Shown one piece after another: positions 19,324-29,951 of a stretch of DNA of 64,000 bases. The DNA comes from Candidatus Eiseniibacteriota bacterium (GTDB lineage Bacteria; Eisenbacteria; RBG-16-71-46; SZUA-252): assembly GCA_963703225.1 (NCBI GenBank), contig OY969801.1, positions 1,696,001-1,760,000 of the forward strand. Direction: 5' to 3'. A program made the position numbers and the translations under genes. The notes under the pieces were generated by a model that had not been told where the DNA came from, ran no database searches, and was given only the letters and a program-made list of their open reading frames with translations. Position 1 is the stretch's first letter. The number at the start of each line of letters is the position of its first letter.

Positions 19324-20580
19324 TCACGGCCTCAGGTAGATGGGGACCAACCCGGATCGACTCGTCGCCCCGGTCGTGCCGTCGAAAATCGTGATGCGTA
19401 TCGAGTAGGTGCGTCCCGGCACCATTTGTATGTCGTCGGTCCACGGCGGCGCCGGTACGCCCGAGGCGATCGCTGTGATCGACCGGGTCACAAGGTCCCG
19501 CCGGATCTCAAGCGCCCACTTGCCGTCAAGCCATGCTCCCTTGCCGATCACGTCAGCCTGGCTGGTCACGCTGTCTGGAAGCGTGAGGCGGAACGAAGGA
19601 ACGTAATCGCCGGGATTCCAGGTCTTGTCCCGCTCCCCGGCATTGTCAAGACGAATGGGATTCTGAAGGTGGCACGCGGTCATCGGCTCCTCGACGGACT
19701 TCCAGAGGACGTAGTCGACTGGCTTGGCGCGATTCAGCCGGGTGTCGCGGACCCCCTTGCTTACGATGTTGAGCGGAACGTTCGACCCGGGGGCGAAATT
19801 GTCGTTCATGTACGTGTAGTTCCCCGGATCCCGGACCGGTCCGCCGCCGATGTCAAACAGGTCCTCCAGGTATCCCGCCCCGGGATGGGTGGTCGAGCCG
19901 TAGTTGTCGCCCGAGGCCGCCGCTCCGGCGAACTCGGTATCGCTGACCGGGGTCGCCGGGTCTGTCGTTTCGGCGCCCCAGCGCCACACGTCCGCGGGGT
20001 AGGAGCCGTTGGCGTCCGAGAAGAATTCGATGGTGACCTCGTCCTCCTCGGCCGGCGAGCGGGTCCACGAGGATTCGTCGGTCAGCGTGGTGTTTCCTTT
20101 GGTGCAATCGATCAACGTATCGCCGACGGCGATGTATGTCGTGTCCGGAGGATTGGTTGCGTATATGGTGTCGGGCTCGTCGGCGATGACGTTCGCGTTG
20201 GTGACGAGCGGATGCTCCAGCCGATTCTCGGTCCGGTCGGGCCACTGGAGGAGAAGAAGGAAGCCGTCGTTGTCGCCAAAGCGGTTCTTGGTCCAGAGGC
20301 TCCGGACCGAGACGTAGTAATTCCCGCCCGTGCCGGCTCCATCGACCAGGATGATCGACGGCTGCCCGGTGAGCGCCCACTCGATGTCGGTCACGCGACC
20401 GTCGATGAGAAGCTCCCGCGATTCCTGCTGGGCGGAATTCAAGAACTGCTCGGATGCCGCGACGGAGACGATGCCGCTCTGCGGGTTGGGGACCGTCATC
20501 TTCGTTTCCCCGCACGAGATCGACCCTGCCGCGGCCACGGCAAAAAGAACCCCTGCTCGGAGCCACCTAACCTGGAGCAT
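19324..20580 (-). CDS. Lipoprotein with EB_dh (DOMON-like) domain
   Basis: SISC lipobox-like site. IDG...EW, LQWPDRTE, EEDEV, DVWRW, DV..KG.W.DGKW.LEIRR.L, DD.QM.PG.TY...ITIFDG resemble the ethylbenzene-dehydrogenase gamma-like fold. GAGGA RBS. Confidence 0.65.
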   Translation of the reverse strand: MLQVRWLRAGVLFAVAAAGSISCGETKMTVPNPQSGIVSVAASEQFLNSAQQESRELLIDGRVTDIEWALTGQPSIILVDGAGTGGNYYVSVRSLWTKNRFGDNDGFLLLLQWPDRTENRLEHPLVTNANVIADEPDTIYATNPPDTTYIAVGDTLIDCTKGNTTLTDESSWTRSPAEEDEVTIEFFSDANGSYPADVWRWGAETTDPATPVSDTEFAGAAASGDNYGSTTHPGAGYLEDLFDIGGGPVRDPGNYTYMNDNFAPGSNVPLNIVSKGVRDTRLNRAKPVDYVLWKSVEEPMTACHLQNPIRLDNAGERDKTWNPGDYVPSFRLTLPDSVTSQADVIGKGAWLDGKWALEIRRDLVTRSITAIASGVPAPPWTDDIQMVPGRTYSIRITIFDGTTGATSRSGLVPIYLRP

Positions 20581-20623
20581 CTGTAGTCCTCGGATCAATC
20601 GGACCTTAGGGGGGAACTAACGT

Positions 20624-20653
20624 AGGGTAAGAACGGAAGCGCCGAACTGTCAA
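20624..20653 (-). promoter_or_regulatory. Putative sigma70 promoter for the lipoprotein-barrel-tldDE unit
   Basis: Perfect TTGACA, N18, TACCCT. Confidence 0.45.
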
Positions 20654-22704
20654 GCGAAAAGGCCCGGATCGATATGGGGGAAAATCATGTACCGGGCTTC
20701 CATTGCAGCGAGTTCGGCGACATCGATGCGACCCGCCTCGAGCACGCCGGCGAGGCGGGCGAATCGGTCGAGGTGCTCCCCCGTGCGGCGGCAGGCATAC
20801 GGGACAAGCGTTCCCGTCTTCATGATGAACGCCCAATCGCTGGACTGCGCCAGAAGCAGCTCGCGGGCAGCCTGCCTGATCGCGCGCGCGCGAAGAGGGT
20901 CCCCCCGATCCCCACCCTGGGCCAGGGCCCGCATCCGCTCGGCGGCCCGGAGCAAGTGACGATAGATCCAGTCGTTCACCGGATCGAGCCAAACCTCACA
21001 ATACCCCCCAGCTCCCCAGCTCGAGAGCTGTACCTGCCCCGACGAAACACGGGAGAGTCCCGCGATCGCCGAGAGCGGATCGACCGCGGCGAGGGCATCG
21101 GAGCGCGCCGCCTCGTCGAGGACGCGATCGAGCCACTCGGGTCCTTCGTACCACCAGTGCCCGAACAGCTCGGCGTCGTAAGGCGCGAGAAGGAAGGCGG
21201 CCTGGCCCAGCGCCCCTTCCGCCGCGCGGACCTGCGCCTCGCGCCCCCGCACGAAGTGAGTCGCGTGCTCCCCGATGCGGGCGCGGGCCGCCGCGAGATC
21301 GTAGGGTTCTCGGTGGGTCGAGCCCCGATCGGTGATCCGATGATACTTGAGGCCGAGGTGGGTCCGGGTTCCTCCTGACGGAAGGAAGTCTCTCACCTCC
21401 TCCAGTGGAAGGTCGAACCCCTGGTCCCGGTAGTATTCGCGGTACTGGGGATCGCCCGGATAGCCTTCGGTCGCGCTCCAAACTTGTCGCGACGATTCCG
21501 GGTCTCGCCCGAGGGCGAACACGCCCGACCGGGTGCGGAGCGGAGCGAGCACTCCGAGCGCGGGGCGGGGACGCGCATGCTCGATCGCGTGCGCATCAAC
21601 GATGAAATACCTCACCCCGAATTCGCGCCAGCACCTCCTCCACTCCCGGGGCGTAGCCGCACTCGGGCAGCCAGAGCCCCTCGGGAGGATGGCCCACCTG
21701 CCGCTCGAAATCCCGCACCGCGGTTCCGATCTGTCCCCGCCACGAAGGCGCGCCCAGATCCATGAGGGGGAGGAAGCCGTGGGTGGCACCGCACGTGATG
21801 AGGCGAACCACCCCGCGGGCCTCGACCGCCCGGAACGCGGCGGTCACGTCCCTGCCGTACCGTTCCTCGTACTGGACGCGGGCCTCGCGGAACTGGTCAC
21901 GGTAGTGGGCAGCGAGCGGTCCCACTCGGGAATCATCCCGGTAGCGCGCGACATCCTGATCCGCGAGATGAAGCAGGCGATTCAGCCGAAGCGAGAATCG
22001 CCCGCGGAGCATCGGGTCCTCGAGCATCGCGAGAAGCGTGGGAGACAGAGAGATCGTGATCCGCCCCGGCGCCGAGCGAGCCGCGCGCCCCTCGAGCATG
22101 CGAAGAAGCGGGAGATAACACTCGAGGAGGGCCTCCACCAGCCAGCGCTCCTCGAGTGGATCGTCGTACTCGGGATGTCGAACGAAGGGCAGGTGCGCGT
22201 GGAGGACAATGGAGAGGGCGCCGGAGCCCCGAGGCGGCGGGCCTCCGTCCCCCGCGAGGTCGGGGTTCTCGATGCCCGAACCCACTTCCACTGCGGGCGA
22301 GTCGGGGGGAAGCGCGGCCCAGCGCGAAACCAAGAGCGGTTGGAAGCGGGCCGGAAGATCCAGGCCGAGGACCGCCCGGACGGATCGGTTCGATTCGGGA
22401 AGCTCGAGGTAGACACCGTCCTTGGCCAGCGCGTCGGGGAGATCTGCGGTCGCGAGCACGCGCGGCGCTTCGCCCTCGGCCTCACGGGCCTCCACGCGAA
22501 TCTGGAAGCGGAGCGGAGCGGGGAACGTCCGGGCCAAAGTCGCCGCCTTGGCGGCCGTGGCAGGAGAGATTTCCCACGTCGCGAAGACGTCCGTGGATCG
22601 CGTACCAGAAGGTGAACCCGGTCTTCGCCGTAGCGGTGGCCCTGGAGGTCACCCGAAATGGGTTGCCGCGGGCCGGCCGATGCGAGATGGGTGGTGGAGC
22701 TCAC
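20650..22704 (-). CDS. GH57 1,4-alpha-glucan branching enzyme with N-terminal DUF4912-like domain; 2 apparent frameshifts
   Basis: HAHLPFVRHPE, EERWL.EA..ECYLP, CGATHG.LP, GLWLPECGY, PYDAELFGHWWYEG, RELLLAQSSDWAF. N-terminal LLVRDP..VFATWEIS. Shifts near 22590 and 21625. Confidence 0.85.
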
Positions 22705-22724
22705 GGAGGCGTCGCGATCGTCGG

Positions 22725-24640
22725 TCAGTGGAGCATCACGATGCGCCGCGTCAACCGCTCGCCGCCGATCTGAACGACCAGGAAATAGAGACCGCCCGGC
22801 TGATGGGCTCCTCCCCGCCCCGAGCGCCCGTCCCAGACCCAGTCGATGCCTCCGGATGTCGGCACGATCAAGGACCAGGATCGGACCACACGGCCGGACA
22901 CGTCGAACACCCGTGCCGTGGCGGCGAGCCCGCCCTTCCCGCGGAGCGAGAACTGGACCGCTCCGTCGCTGGGATTGGGCCCGGCCGTCAAGCTGGGAAC
23001 GGTGGGCCCCGCGGCGCCATTCGACCCGCCCACGCCCGAGGTGCCGCCCGTCACCGTGATCACGGTGGCCGCCGGGACATCCATCATCATTCCGTTGGTA
23101 TTGTGCGCCTGAAATTCGAGCAGGTGGTTCCCCATTCCGGGAGACGGAAGGAGAAACGTGAAGCGCTCGGAGCCCTCGTCGAAAATTCCGTCATCGGGGG
23201 AAACCGGGATCCACGCCCCTCCGTCCAGGCGCTGCCAGATGGAATCAACCGTCGCGAACGTGATCGAGTCCCCCGTGCCGAAGTGATACGGGTTTCGGTT
23301 CGGGAGCGCGTCGTCGGCCGCCGCGCCGCGGACCAGGATCGGGATGCCCTGGGAGGCCGAATAGTGAGCGGAGTCGGGGACCACTCTCGGTCGGGTCTCG
23401 TAGATGTCGAGGATCCCGTTCTGGTCCAGGTCAACCCAGCCAATTTGTCTCTCCGTGGGCGGGCATAGGCTGTCCGGATAGTTTCCCTTCATGAAGCAGC
23501 GACGATCGACATTGCAGTATCCGTTCGCGGGCAGCGCCGAGTTCGAGTTCTGCTGATTGAAGTATCCGGTGTTGAGGGAGCAGGCCCACCAGGCGTTGCT
23601 GGCCGGGTACTCGTCCAGTGCCCAGAACATGTGCGTCATCTCGTGCTCGATGTAGAAGTCGAGGGTCGCGCTCCCGAAGTTCGACTGCTTGACCATGACG
23701 ACGAAATAGGGACCGCCGAGGATCGCATGCTCTCCGATACCGTCCGCGAATTTGCCGTCCGCGTCCGTGTCGTTCTGCACCGCCAGAAGGAGCGCAGCCC
23801 ACTGCGTGCCGAGACGCGCCCGCGCGGCGTTCGCGAGCTCGTATGCCATCGCCACCGGGTCCCCGCTGTAGCCGACAAGCGGCTCGAGGGTATCCTGGAT
23901 CCACAGATGCTCGTCCGCGACGGGCCGATCGATCGGCTCGTAGCGGGTCGGCGAGATCGGGTGCACCTCGATCAGGAACGTCAACGGCACTCCACGCGCG
24001 TTCGCGAGTGCGGTCCACTTGAGAAATCCCCGCACCGCCGACCGGACCACCGAGTCGCGGAGCGCCGGGGTCCAATCGTAACGGTTCGCGATCGACGCTC
24101 CCGTCGCTATCCGGAAAGAGCAGCGGGCACCGCGACGCGCCCAATCATCAACTCGCTGGTGTCAGTCCACCGCGCTCCGTACGGGAGTCCGGACGGGAGA
24201 ACTGGTGCCGCCGCGCCGCGCCAGTCGGCCCCGGATCCTTGATCGCGGGGAACGGGAGGAAGAACATCGGCGATGCCCCCGAAGGGATCCTCGGACGAAG
24301 CACCCGACGCTGGCGCAGCCTTTGGGACCGCCACGGATGCCGGCGTCACGTCCTCGACCCCCATCGGGAGCGGCGACGTGCGGCCCCCGGCGCGGACGAA
24401 GAACGTACTGGGCAACACGGCGACGTCGACGTGGTAGCCGGCCCGCTCCAAGGCGTCGATCGTCTCCGCCGCCGAGCCCAACCGACTCGAAGCGAGGACC
24501 CGCACGCCGGCGATCGGCGCGAGCGACCGGACGCCGGCGGGGTTCCAAGCGGCTTCGGCACGGGCCGAGGACGGCGCGATGGGACCCAGAAAGGCGGCGA
24601 TCAGGGCCGTTCTAGCGAAGCTGCACCACGCGAACCGCAC
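22725..24640 (-). CDS. Secreted HExxH metallopeptidase-like protein with FlgD/T9SS-like CTD; 2 apparent frameshifts
   Basis: HEMTHMFWALDEY followed by CFM (Met-turn-like). C-terminal GPNP...VFDVSGRVVR...WDGR...GGLYFL. The N-terminal part in ORF 24107..24706 joins through LLFPDSDGSVDANRYDW (+1 shifts near 24125 and 24090). Confidence 0.72.
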
Positions 24641-27407
24641 GGCGCTCCCTCCCCATTTCGGCGACAATCCAGTACACGCCGCTCGCCGATACCTTCGAGC
24701 GAGCATCCCTGCCGTCCCATCGGAGGACGGATCGAGTGGAACTCAGCGGTCCATCATGAAGCGTCGCGACGAGGTCTCCTCGGACCCCGATGACGCGAAC
24801 CGTGACCCGCTCGGAGGAGCCCGAGGACACCTCCACCGGGATCTCGATCCATCCGGCGAACGGGTTCGGCGCCACCGGTCCCACCCTCATCGCGCGCGGC
24901 GGAGCCGGCGGAGGGGGCTCTGGCGCGGGGGCAGGCGGGGGCGGCTCGGTCACGGCCGTGGTGCCGAAGTTGAGCACCCGGCCCAGTATGTCGAGACCGC
25001 TGGAAGGCGATCGGTCGTCCGACCAGATCACGACCGCGCGTCCCGCTGAATCGAACCCGACGCTGGGGTCGAGCTGGTCGGCGCCCAGCACATCTTGATC
25101 GACTCGGATCAAGCCGCTCGCCGGCGCGGCGCCCGAGGCGAACTCCTGGAGCCAGATGCTCCAGTTGCCGTCCCTCCTCGCCTCCCAGGTCGCGACCGAT
25201 CGGTCTCCCGATACGGCGATCGACGGAACCGCCTGGACCTCGAGGCCGTCGTCGGGGCCCAGTGCGGCGACCGGCCCGAGCGGGACGCCGAGGGAGTTGA
25301 ATCCCTGATGGTAGCTCTGCCCGAACCCGTTCGCGCCAACCCCCATCCAGGCCATTTCGACCCTTCCATCGGGTCCCACGCCAAGAGACGGATGATCCCG
25401 CTCCCCCGTCATCGACGGGGCCACCGCGATCGGAGTGCGGTCGGCGGCCAGGTTGGCGTCCAGATGAGTCATCCAGAGCCGCTGCTCTCGCGCAGCCCCT
25501 TCAGCGTAGCAGAGCCAGTAGCCGCCAGTCGGGTCGAGATCGAGATCGAGGGCGAAGACCGGATCGGCCGGCTCGACTTGCAGGACGGGGTGGAGCGCCC
25601 CGAGGGGCGTCCCGCCGGGGCCGAAGCGCTGCCCGTAGATTCGCGGACCCCCGTCGCGCGTGTCGAGCCAGACGACCGCGAACTCGGTGCCGTTCGCGAC
25701 CACGGCGGGGAGCGACTCCGAGCTCGGCAGGCTGTCGGTGAGCCAGAAGCTGGGTGCGGAGACGGCTCCAGGCGCGCTGAAGAAGAATCCGCGCAGCTCG
25801 CCGGCATCGGAGTCGCGCGTCACGTGCGCCACCAGAAGCGCCGATCCGTCCGAGGCGACGGCCGCCTCCGAGCTCAGCGCGCGCGTCAATCCGTCCGCCT
25901 TCCAGATCATCTGATTGGGACCGTCTCGTCCGCCCGCGGCCGTGAGCCACTGCGCATAGAGATCGTCGGTCCCCCCGCGACGGTCGGTCCACGTGGCGAG
26001 GTATCGCCCGGGCCCCCGACCGATTCGCGGGCGCCGTTGATCTCCCGCGGCCGCGTCGTCGTTCAGCTGCGACTCCGAGCCGCGCCGGGTCCCGTCCGGG
26101 AAGAAGGAGATGGCATAGATGTCGGGGGATCCGTTCCGTCCGTCCTCCCAAACGCCGAGCATGGCATCCCGCCCGTCCCAAACCGCGCTCGGAGTCCCCT
26201 GCCGGCCCAACAGCGACACGTTCACCCGGAAGTTGGCGCTGGGGGGCAATGCGCCGAAAGGAACGTCCGCCGCTTCCACGTTGGAATCGAGCCCGAGGTT
26301 TCCGCGCAGATCTTCCCAAACCAGGAACGCGCTCCCTGGGATCGTCAGGGCGCGGACGCCGCGCTGATCGCGTCCCAGCGGATCGTCGTTGACACGGACA
26401 TTGACGCCGAGCGGGGCCCCGTTCGCGTCGAGGCGCTGCGCGTAGACATCTCCCGCGTCGGTCGGGAAGCTCCGCCGGTCGATCCAGGCGACGACGAATC
26501 CGCCGGTTGGATCGGCGGCAATCGAGACCGACGCGTCGCGCTGCGGCACGGTCGTCTCGTTGATCTTGAAATTGCCTCCCACCGGCTGCCCGTTGGGATC
26601 CAGAAGCTGAGCAAAGACGTCGAACGTCGCCCCGAAGACCGATCCCCCTTCCCGACCGTCGAGCCAGGCCACCAGCGTGGTGCCGTCCGCCCGGGCGGCG
26701 GCGGCGGGTTCTCCTTGGTAGCTCCCGCCTGTGACGGGATCGACCGAAATCTTGAAGTTGGGACCAATGGGGGCGCCGGTGCTGGTCAGACGGGAGGCGA
26801 ATATCTCACCCTGCCCTTGCCGCTGATCGCCCCAGACGACAAGGTACTGGCTGGACCCCATCTCGATGACCTGGGGTGCGGCCTGCTCCGAGAATCCGGT
26901 GTCGTCGTTCAATCGGAGATTGGGGGTGATGCGGAGCCCGATGGAGTCGAGCGTCGCGCCGAAGACGTCGCGGTTCCCGGCCCGCCCATCCTCCCAGACG
27001 CAGAAGAAGGTGCCCGCGGGGCTCGCCGCGATGGAAGGAAACCCCTGGTTGACGCCGGGCGGGTCGTCGTTCAGCCTCCGATTCACGGTGGAGCCGACGG
27101 CCTGGGGGTCGCGGAGGGTCATCAAGTAGGTGTCGAAGTCGACCACCCCCCCATTGGAATTCCGTCCGTCCATCCAGACGACGACCATGTTCCCGGTCGC
27201 ACCCCGTGCGACACGCGGCGCCCATTGATTGCGGTCGACGCGGTCATCGTTCAGGAGGAATTCGTCTTGTGCGGTCGCGGGGCGTACCGCGAGGAAATCC
27301 GAGCAAAGGCCAACGAGGGCCGCGGCCAGGAACGCAGGCCACGCGCGCCGCAGGGCGTCACCGAGTTGTTGAATTCGCGAAATCGAGCCGCCGGGTCGCG
27401 CAGGCAA
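24612..27407 (-). CDS. Secreted repeat (beta-propeller-like) protein with Pro-rich linker and FlgD/T9SS-like CTD
   Basis: More than 10 repeats of (V/L)NDD...Q..P.(V/I)A....G..(V)VW.D.R.G..D(I/V)(Y/F)A. EPPPPAPAPEPPPP linker, then PNPF...WDGRD....ASGVYW. Start uncertain. Confidence 0.8.
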   Translation of the reverse strand: MPARPGGSISRIQQLGDALRRAWPAFLAAALVGLCSDFLAVRPATAQDEFLLNDDRVDRNQWAPRVARGATGNMVVVWMDGRNSNGGVVDFDTYLMTLRDPQAVGSTVNRRLNDDPPGVNQGFPSIAASPAGTFFCVWEDGRAGNRDVFGATLDSIGLRITPNLRLNDDTGFSEQAAPQVIEMGSSQYLVVWGDQRQGQGEIFASRLTSTGAPIGPNFKISVDPVTGGSYQGEPAAAARADGTTLVAWLDGREGGSVFGATFDVFAQLLDPNGQPVGGNFKINETTVPQRDASVSIAADPTGGFVVAWIDRRSFPTDAGDVYAQRLDANGAPLGVNVRVNDDPLGRDQRGVRALTIPGSAFLVWEDLRGNLGLDSNVEAADVPFGALPPSANFRVNVSLLGRQGTPSAVWDGRDAMLGVWEDGRNGSPDIYAISFFPDGTRRGSESQLNDDAAAGDQRRPRIGRGPGRYLATWTDRRGGTDDLYAQWLTAAGGRDGPNQMIWKADGLTRALSSEAAVASDGSALLVAHVTRDSDAGELRGFFFSAPGAVSAPSFWLTDSLPSSESLPAVVANGTEFAVVWLDTRDGGPRIYGQRFGPGGTPLGALHPVLQVEPADPVFALDLDLDPTGGYWLCYAEGAAREQRLWMTHLDANLAADRTPIAVAPSMTGERDHPSLGVGPDGRVEMAWMGVGANGFGQSYHQGFNSLGVPLGPVAALGPDDGLEVQAVPSIAVSGDRSVATWEARRDGNWSIWLQEFASGAAPASGLIRVDQDVLGADQLDPSVGFDSAGRAVVIWSDDRSPSSGLDILGRVLNFGTTAVTEPPPPAPAPEPPPPAPPRAMRVGPVAPNPFAGWIEIPVEVSSGSSERVTVRVIGVRGDLVATLHDGPLSSTRSVLRWDGRDARSKVSASGVYWIVAEMGRERRAVRVVQLR

Positions 27408-27447
27408 GGCAGTAAACCCCTTCCGGCGTGACGCGAGACGACGGCGC

Positions 27448-28829
27448 TCAGACGTGGAGCGCGGGGATCGTCACCTCGGGGTAACGAGCCAAAACCTCGT
27501 AAACGTCGCGCGAGATCGCCTGGAGGCGCTCCGGGCTTCTCGCCTCAAATCGAACCACGAGCACAGGTTGCGTATTGGAGGCCCGGATCAGTCCCCAGCC
27601 GTCGCCAAATTGGACGCGGACGCCGTCCACGTCGAGCACCTCGTGCCGTGCGCGGTAGTAATCGCGCACCTTGTCAACGATACCAAATTTGGCCGCATCA
27701 GCGCAATCGAGGCGGATCTCCGGGGTCGCGACGTAGCGGGACTGAGGGAGCGCGTCGACCATCGCGGAGAGCGGGGTCCGCCGCGATGCGGCCAGAATCC
27801 GCAGCAGCCGGCCGGCCGCGTAGAGCGCGTCGTCGTACCCGTAGAACTCGTCGGCGAAGAACATGTGCCCCGACATCTCCCCGCCGAGGGGTGCGTTCAG
27901 CTCGCGCATCTTCGCCTTGATCAACGAGTGACCTGCCTTCCACATGATCGGCTTTCCGCCCTCGGCTCGTGACCCACTCGACGAGACCTTGGGAGCACTT
28001 GACCTCGAACACGATGGGGCTCCCAGGCAATCTTGGCGAGCACGTCGGTTGCGTAGAGGGCGAGCACCTGATCCCCGAAGAGGAGCCGTCCCTTCTCGTC
28101 CACGGCGCCCACCCGATCGGCGTCGCCGTCGAACCCGATCCCCACGTCGGCCCGCTTGGCCGGCACGCGCTCCATGAGCGCGGCCATGAGGGAGGGAACG
28201 GTCGGATCGGGAAGGTGGTTGGGGAACCTGCCGTCGGGCTCGGCGAAGATCGCGTCGACCTCGCAGCCGATGCCGCGCAGGAAACGCGGGCCGAGGATGC
28301 TCGCCGCCCCGTTGCCGGGATCGCAGACCACCCGGAGGGGCCCGACCTGTCCGATGCGCGCGACGAGGTCCGAGAGGTACGCCTCGTCCACCGAGGCTTC
28401 CTCCACCGTGCCGCGCGAGGCCAGAACGCCCGCCGATTCCGCGCGGACCCTCAGGTCCTGTATGTCGGGGCCGTGTAGCGAATGGATCCCGTCGGAGAGC
28501 TTGAGCCCGTTGTACTCGATCGGGTTGTGGCTCCCCGTGACCATCGCGCCCGCGTCCGCCTTCATCGTGACGACGGCGAAGTAGAGCGCCGGGGTTGGCA
28601 CCACGCCGACGTCCACCACGTTGGCGCCTTGATCCCGCAGGCCCTCGATCAACGCGGTCCGGATTCTCCCCGACGAGAGCCGGACATCCCTTCCCACGGC
28701 GACCTTGCGCTGGCCCCGCTCCCGCATCCTTTGGCCGAAGGCGCGACCGACCGCGCGGACCACGTCGTCGGTGAGATCGCGGTCGGCGATGCCGCGGATG
28801 TCGTACTCACGAAAGATCTGGGGATTCAC
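27448..28829 (-). CDS. Phosphomannomutase/phosphoglucomutase (AlgC-type); 2 apparent frameshifts
   Basis: IFREYDIRG, TGSHNP, FDGDADR, GEMSGH, DGVR....GWGLIRASNTQP. +1 shifts near 28031 and 27961. Confidence 0.9.
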
Positions 28830-29930
28830 TTGGGCTCCTTCAGCCTGAGGTATGCGTCGATGAACGGCTCGAGTCCGCCGTTCATCACGGCCTGGACGTC
28901 GGTCTCGACCACGTCGGTCCGGTGATCCTTCACCTGGGTGTAGGGCTGGAATACGTACGATCGAATCTGGTTTCCCCAGGCGATGTCCTTCTTCCCTCCA
29001 CCGAGGGAGTTCATCTTCTCACGATCCTCTTCCAGGCGCATCGCGTAGAGGCGCGCCATGAGGATCTTCATCGCGGCGTCCCGGTTTCGGTGCTGCGAGC
29101 GCTCGTTCTGGCACTGCACGACGAGATTCGTCGGTAGGTGGGTGATCCGCACCGCCGATTCGGTCTTGTTGACGTGCTGTCCCCCGGCGCCACTGGCGCG
29201 GTAGGTGTCGATGCGCAGGTCCCCCTCCTTGATCTCGATCTTCACGTCGTCGCCGGCCTGCGGAAACACGAAGACCGAAGCGAAGGAGGTGTGCCGGCGA
29301 TGCTGCGCATCGTAGGGCGAGATGCGCACCAATCGGTGCACCCCGCGCTCCGCCTTGAGGTATCCGTACGCGAATTCGCCGTCCACCTGGACCGTGGCGT
29401 CCTTGATTCCCGCTTCGTCGCCCGGCTGGAGGTCGAGAACCTGGGCCTTCCACCCGCTCCGCTCGATGAAACGCGTGTACATGCGGAACAGCATCTCAGC
29501 CCAGTCCTGCGACTCGGTCCCCCCCGCGCCCGGGTGGATCGTCAGGATGGCCCCGTGGGAATCGCTCTCCTCGGAGAGGAGGCTCCTGATTTCGAGGGAA
29601 TGAATCTTCGGGAGCAGGTGCTTCGACTGCTCGTCCAGCTCGGCCGCGAGGGATTCGTCGGGGTCCTGGGAGAGCAAATTCGCCATCCCTTCCGCGTCGG
29701 CGACCTCCCGCGAAAGCTCGCGAAAAGGCTCGTAGACGCGGCGAAGCGATTTCAGCTCGGCTACGACCCTTTGCGCGCCTTCGGGGTCGTCCCAGAAGCC
29801 CGGAGCCGCCATCTTGGCCTCGAGCTCCCGCGCCCTTGCCTCCCGATGCTCGACGTCAAAGAAAGCTCCCGAGCTGCGCCAGGATCTGGCGTCCGTCCTC
29901 AAGCCGCTTTCTCGTCGCTGCTAAATCCAT
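28826..29930 (-). CDS. prfB: Peptide chain release factor 2 with programmed +1 frameshift
   Basis: MDLAATRKRLEDGRQILAQLGSFL ends at CTT-TGA-C and continues DVEHRE in the +1 frame. GGTES, SPY anticodon-like tripeptide, GGQ. Confidence 0.96.
29855..29870 (-). other. prfB programmed frameshift site
   Basis: GGGAGC-TTT-CTTTGAC: an internal SD-like element followed by the slippery CUU-UGA-C. Confidence 0.92.
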
Positions 29931-29951
29931 CCGGTTCGCTCCTCTCTTGGA

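Noticed and set aside
19324..20580. c-type cytochrome
   Set aside because: No CxxCH motif; only MTACH.
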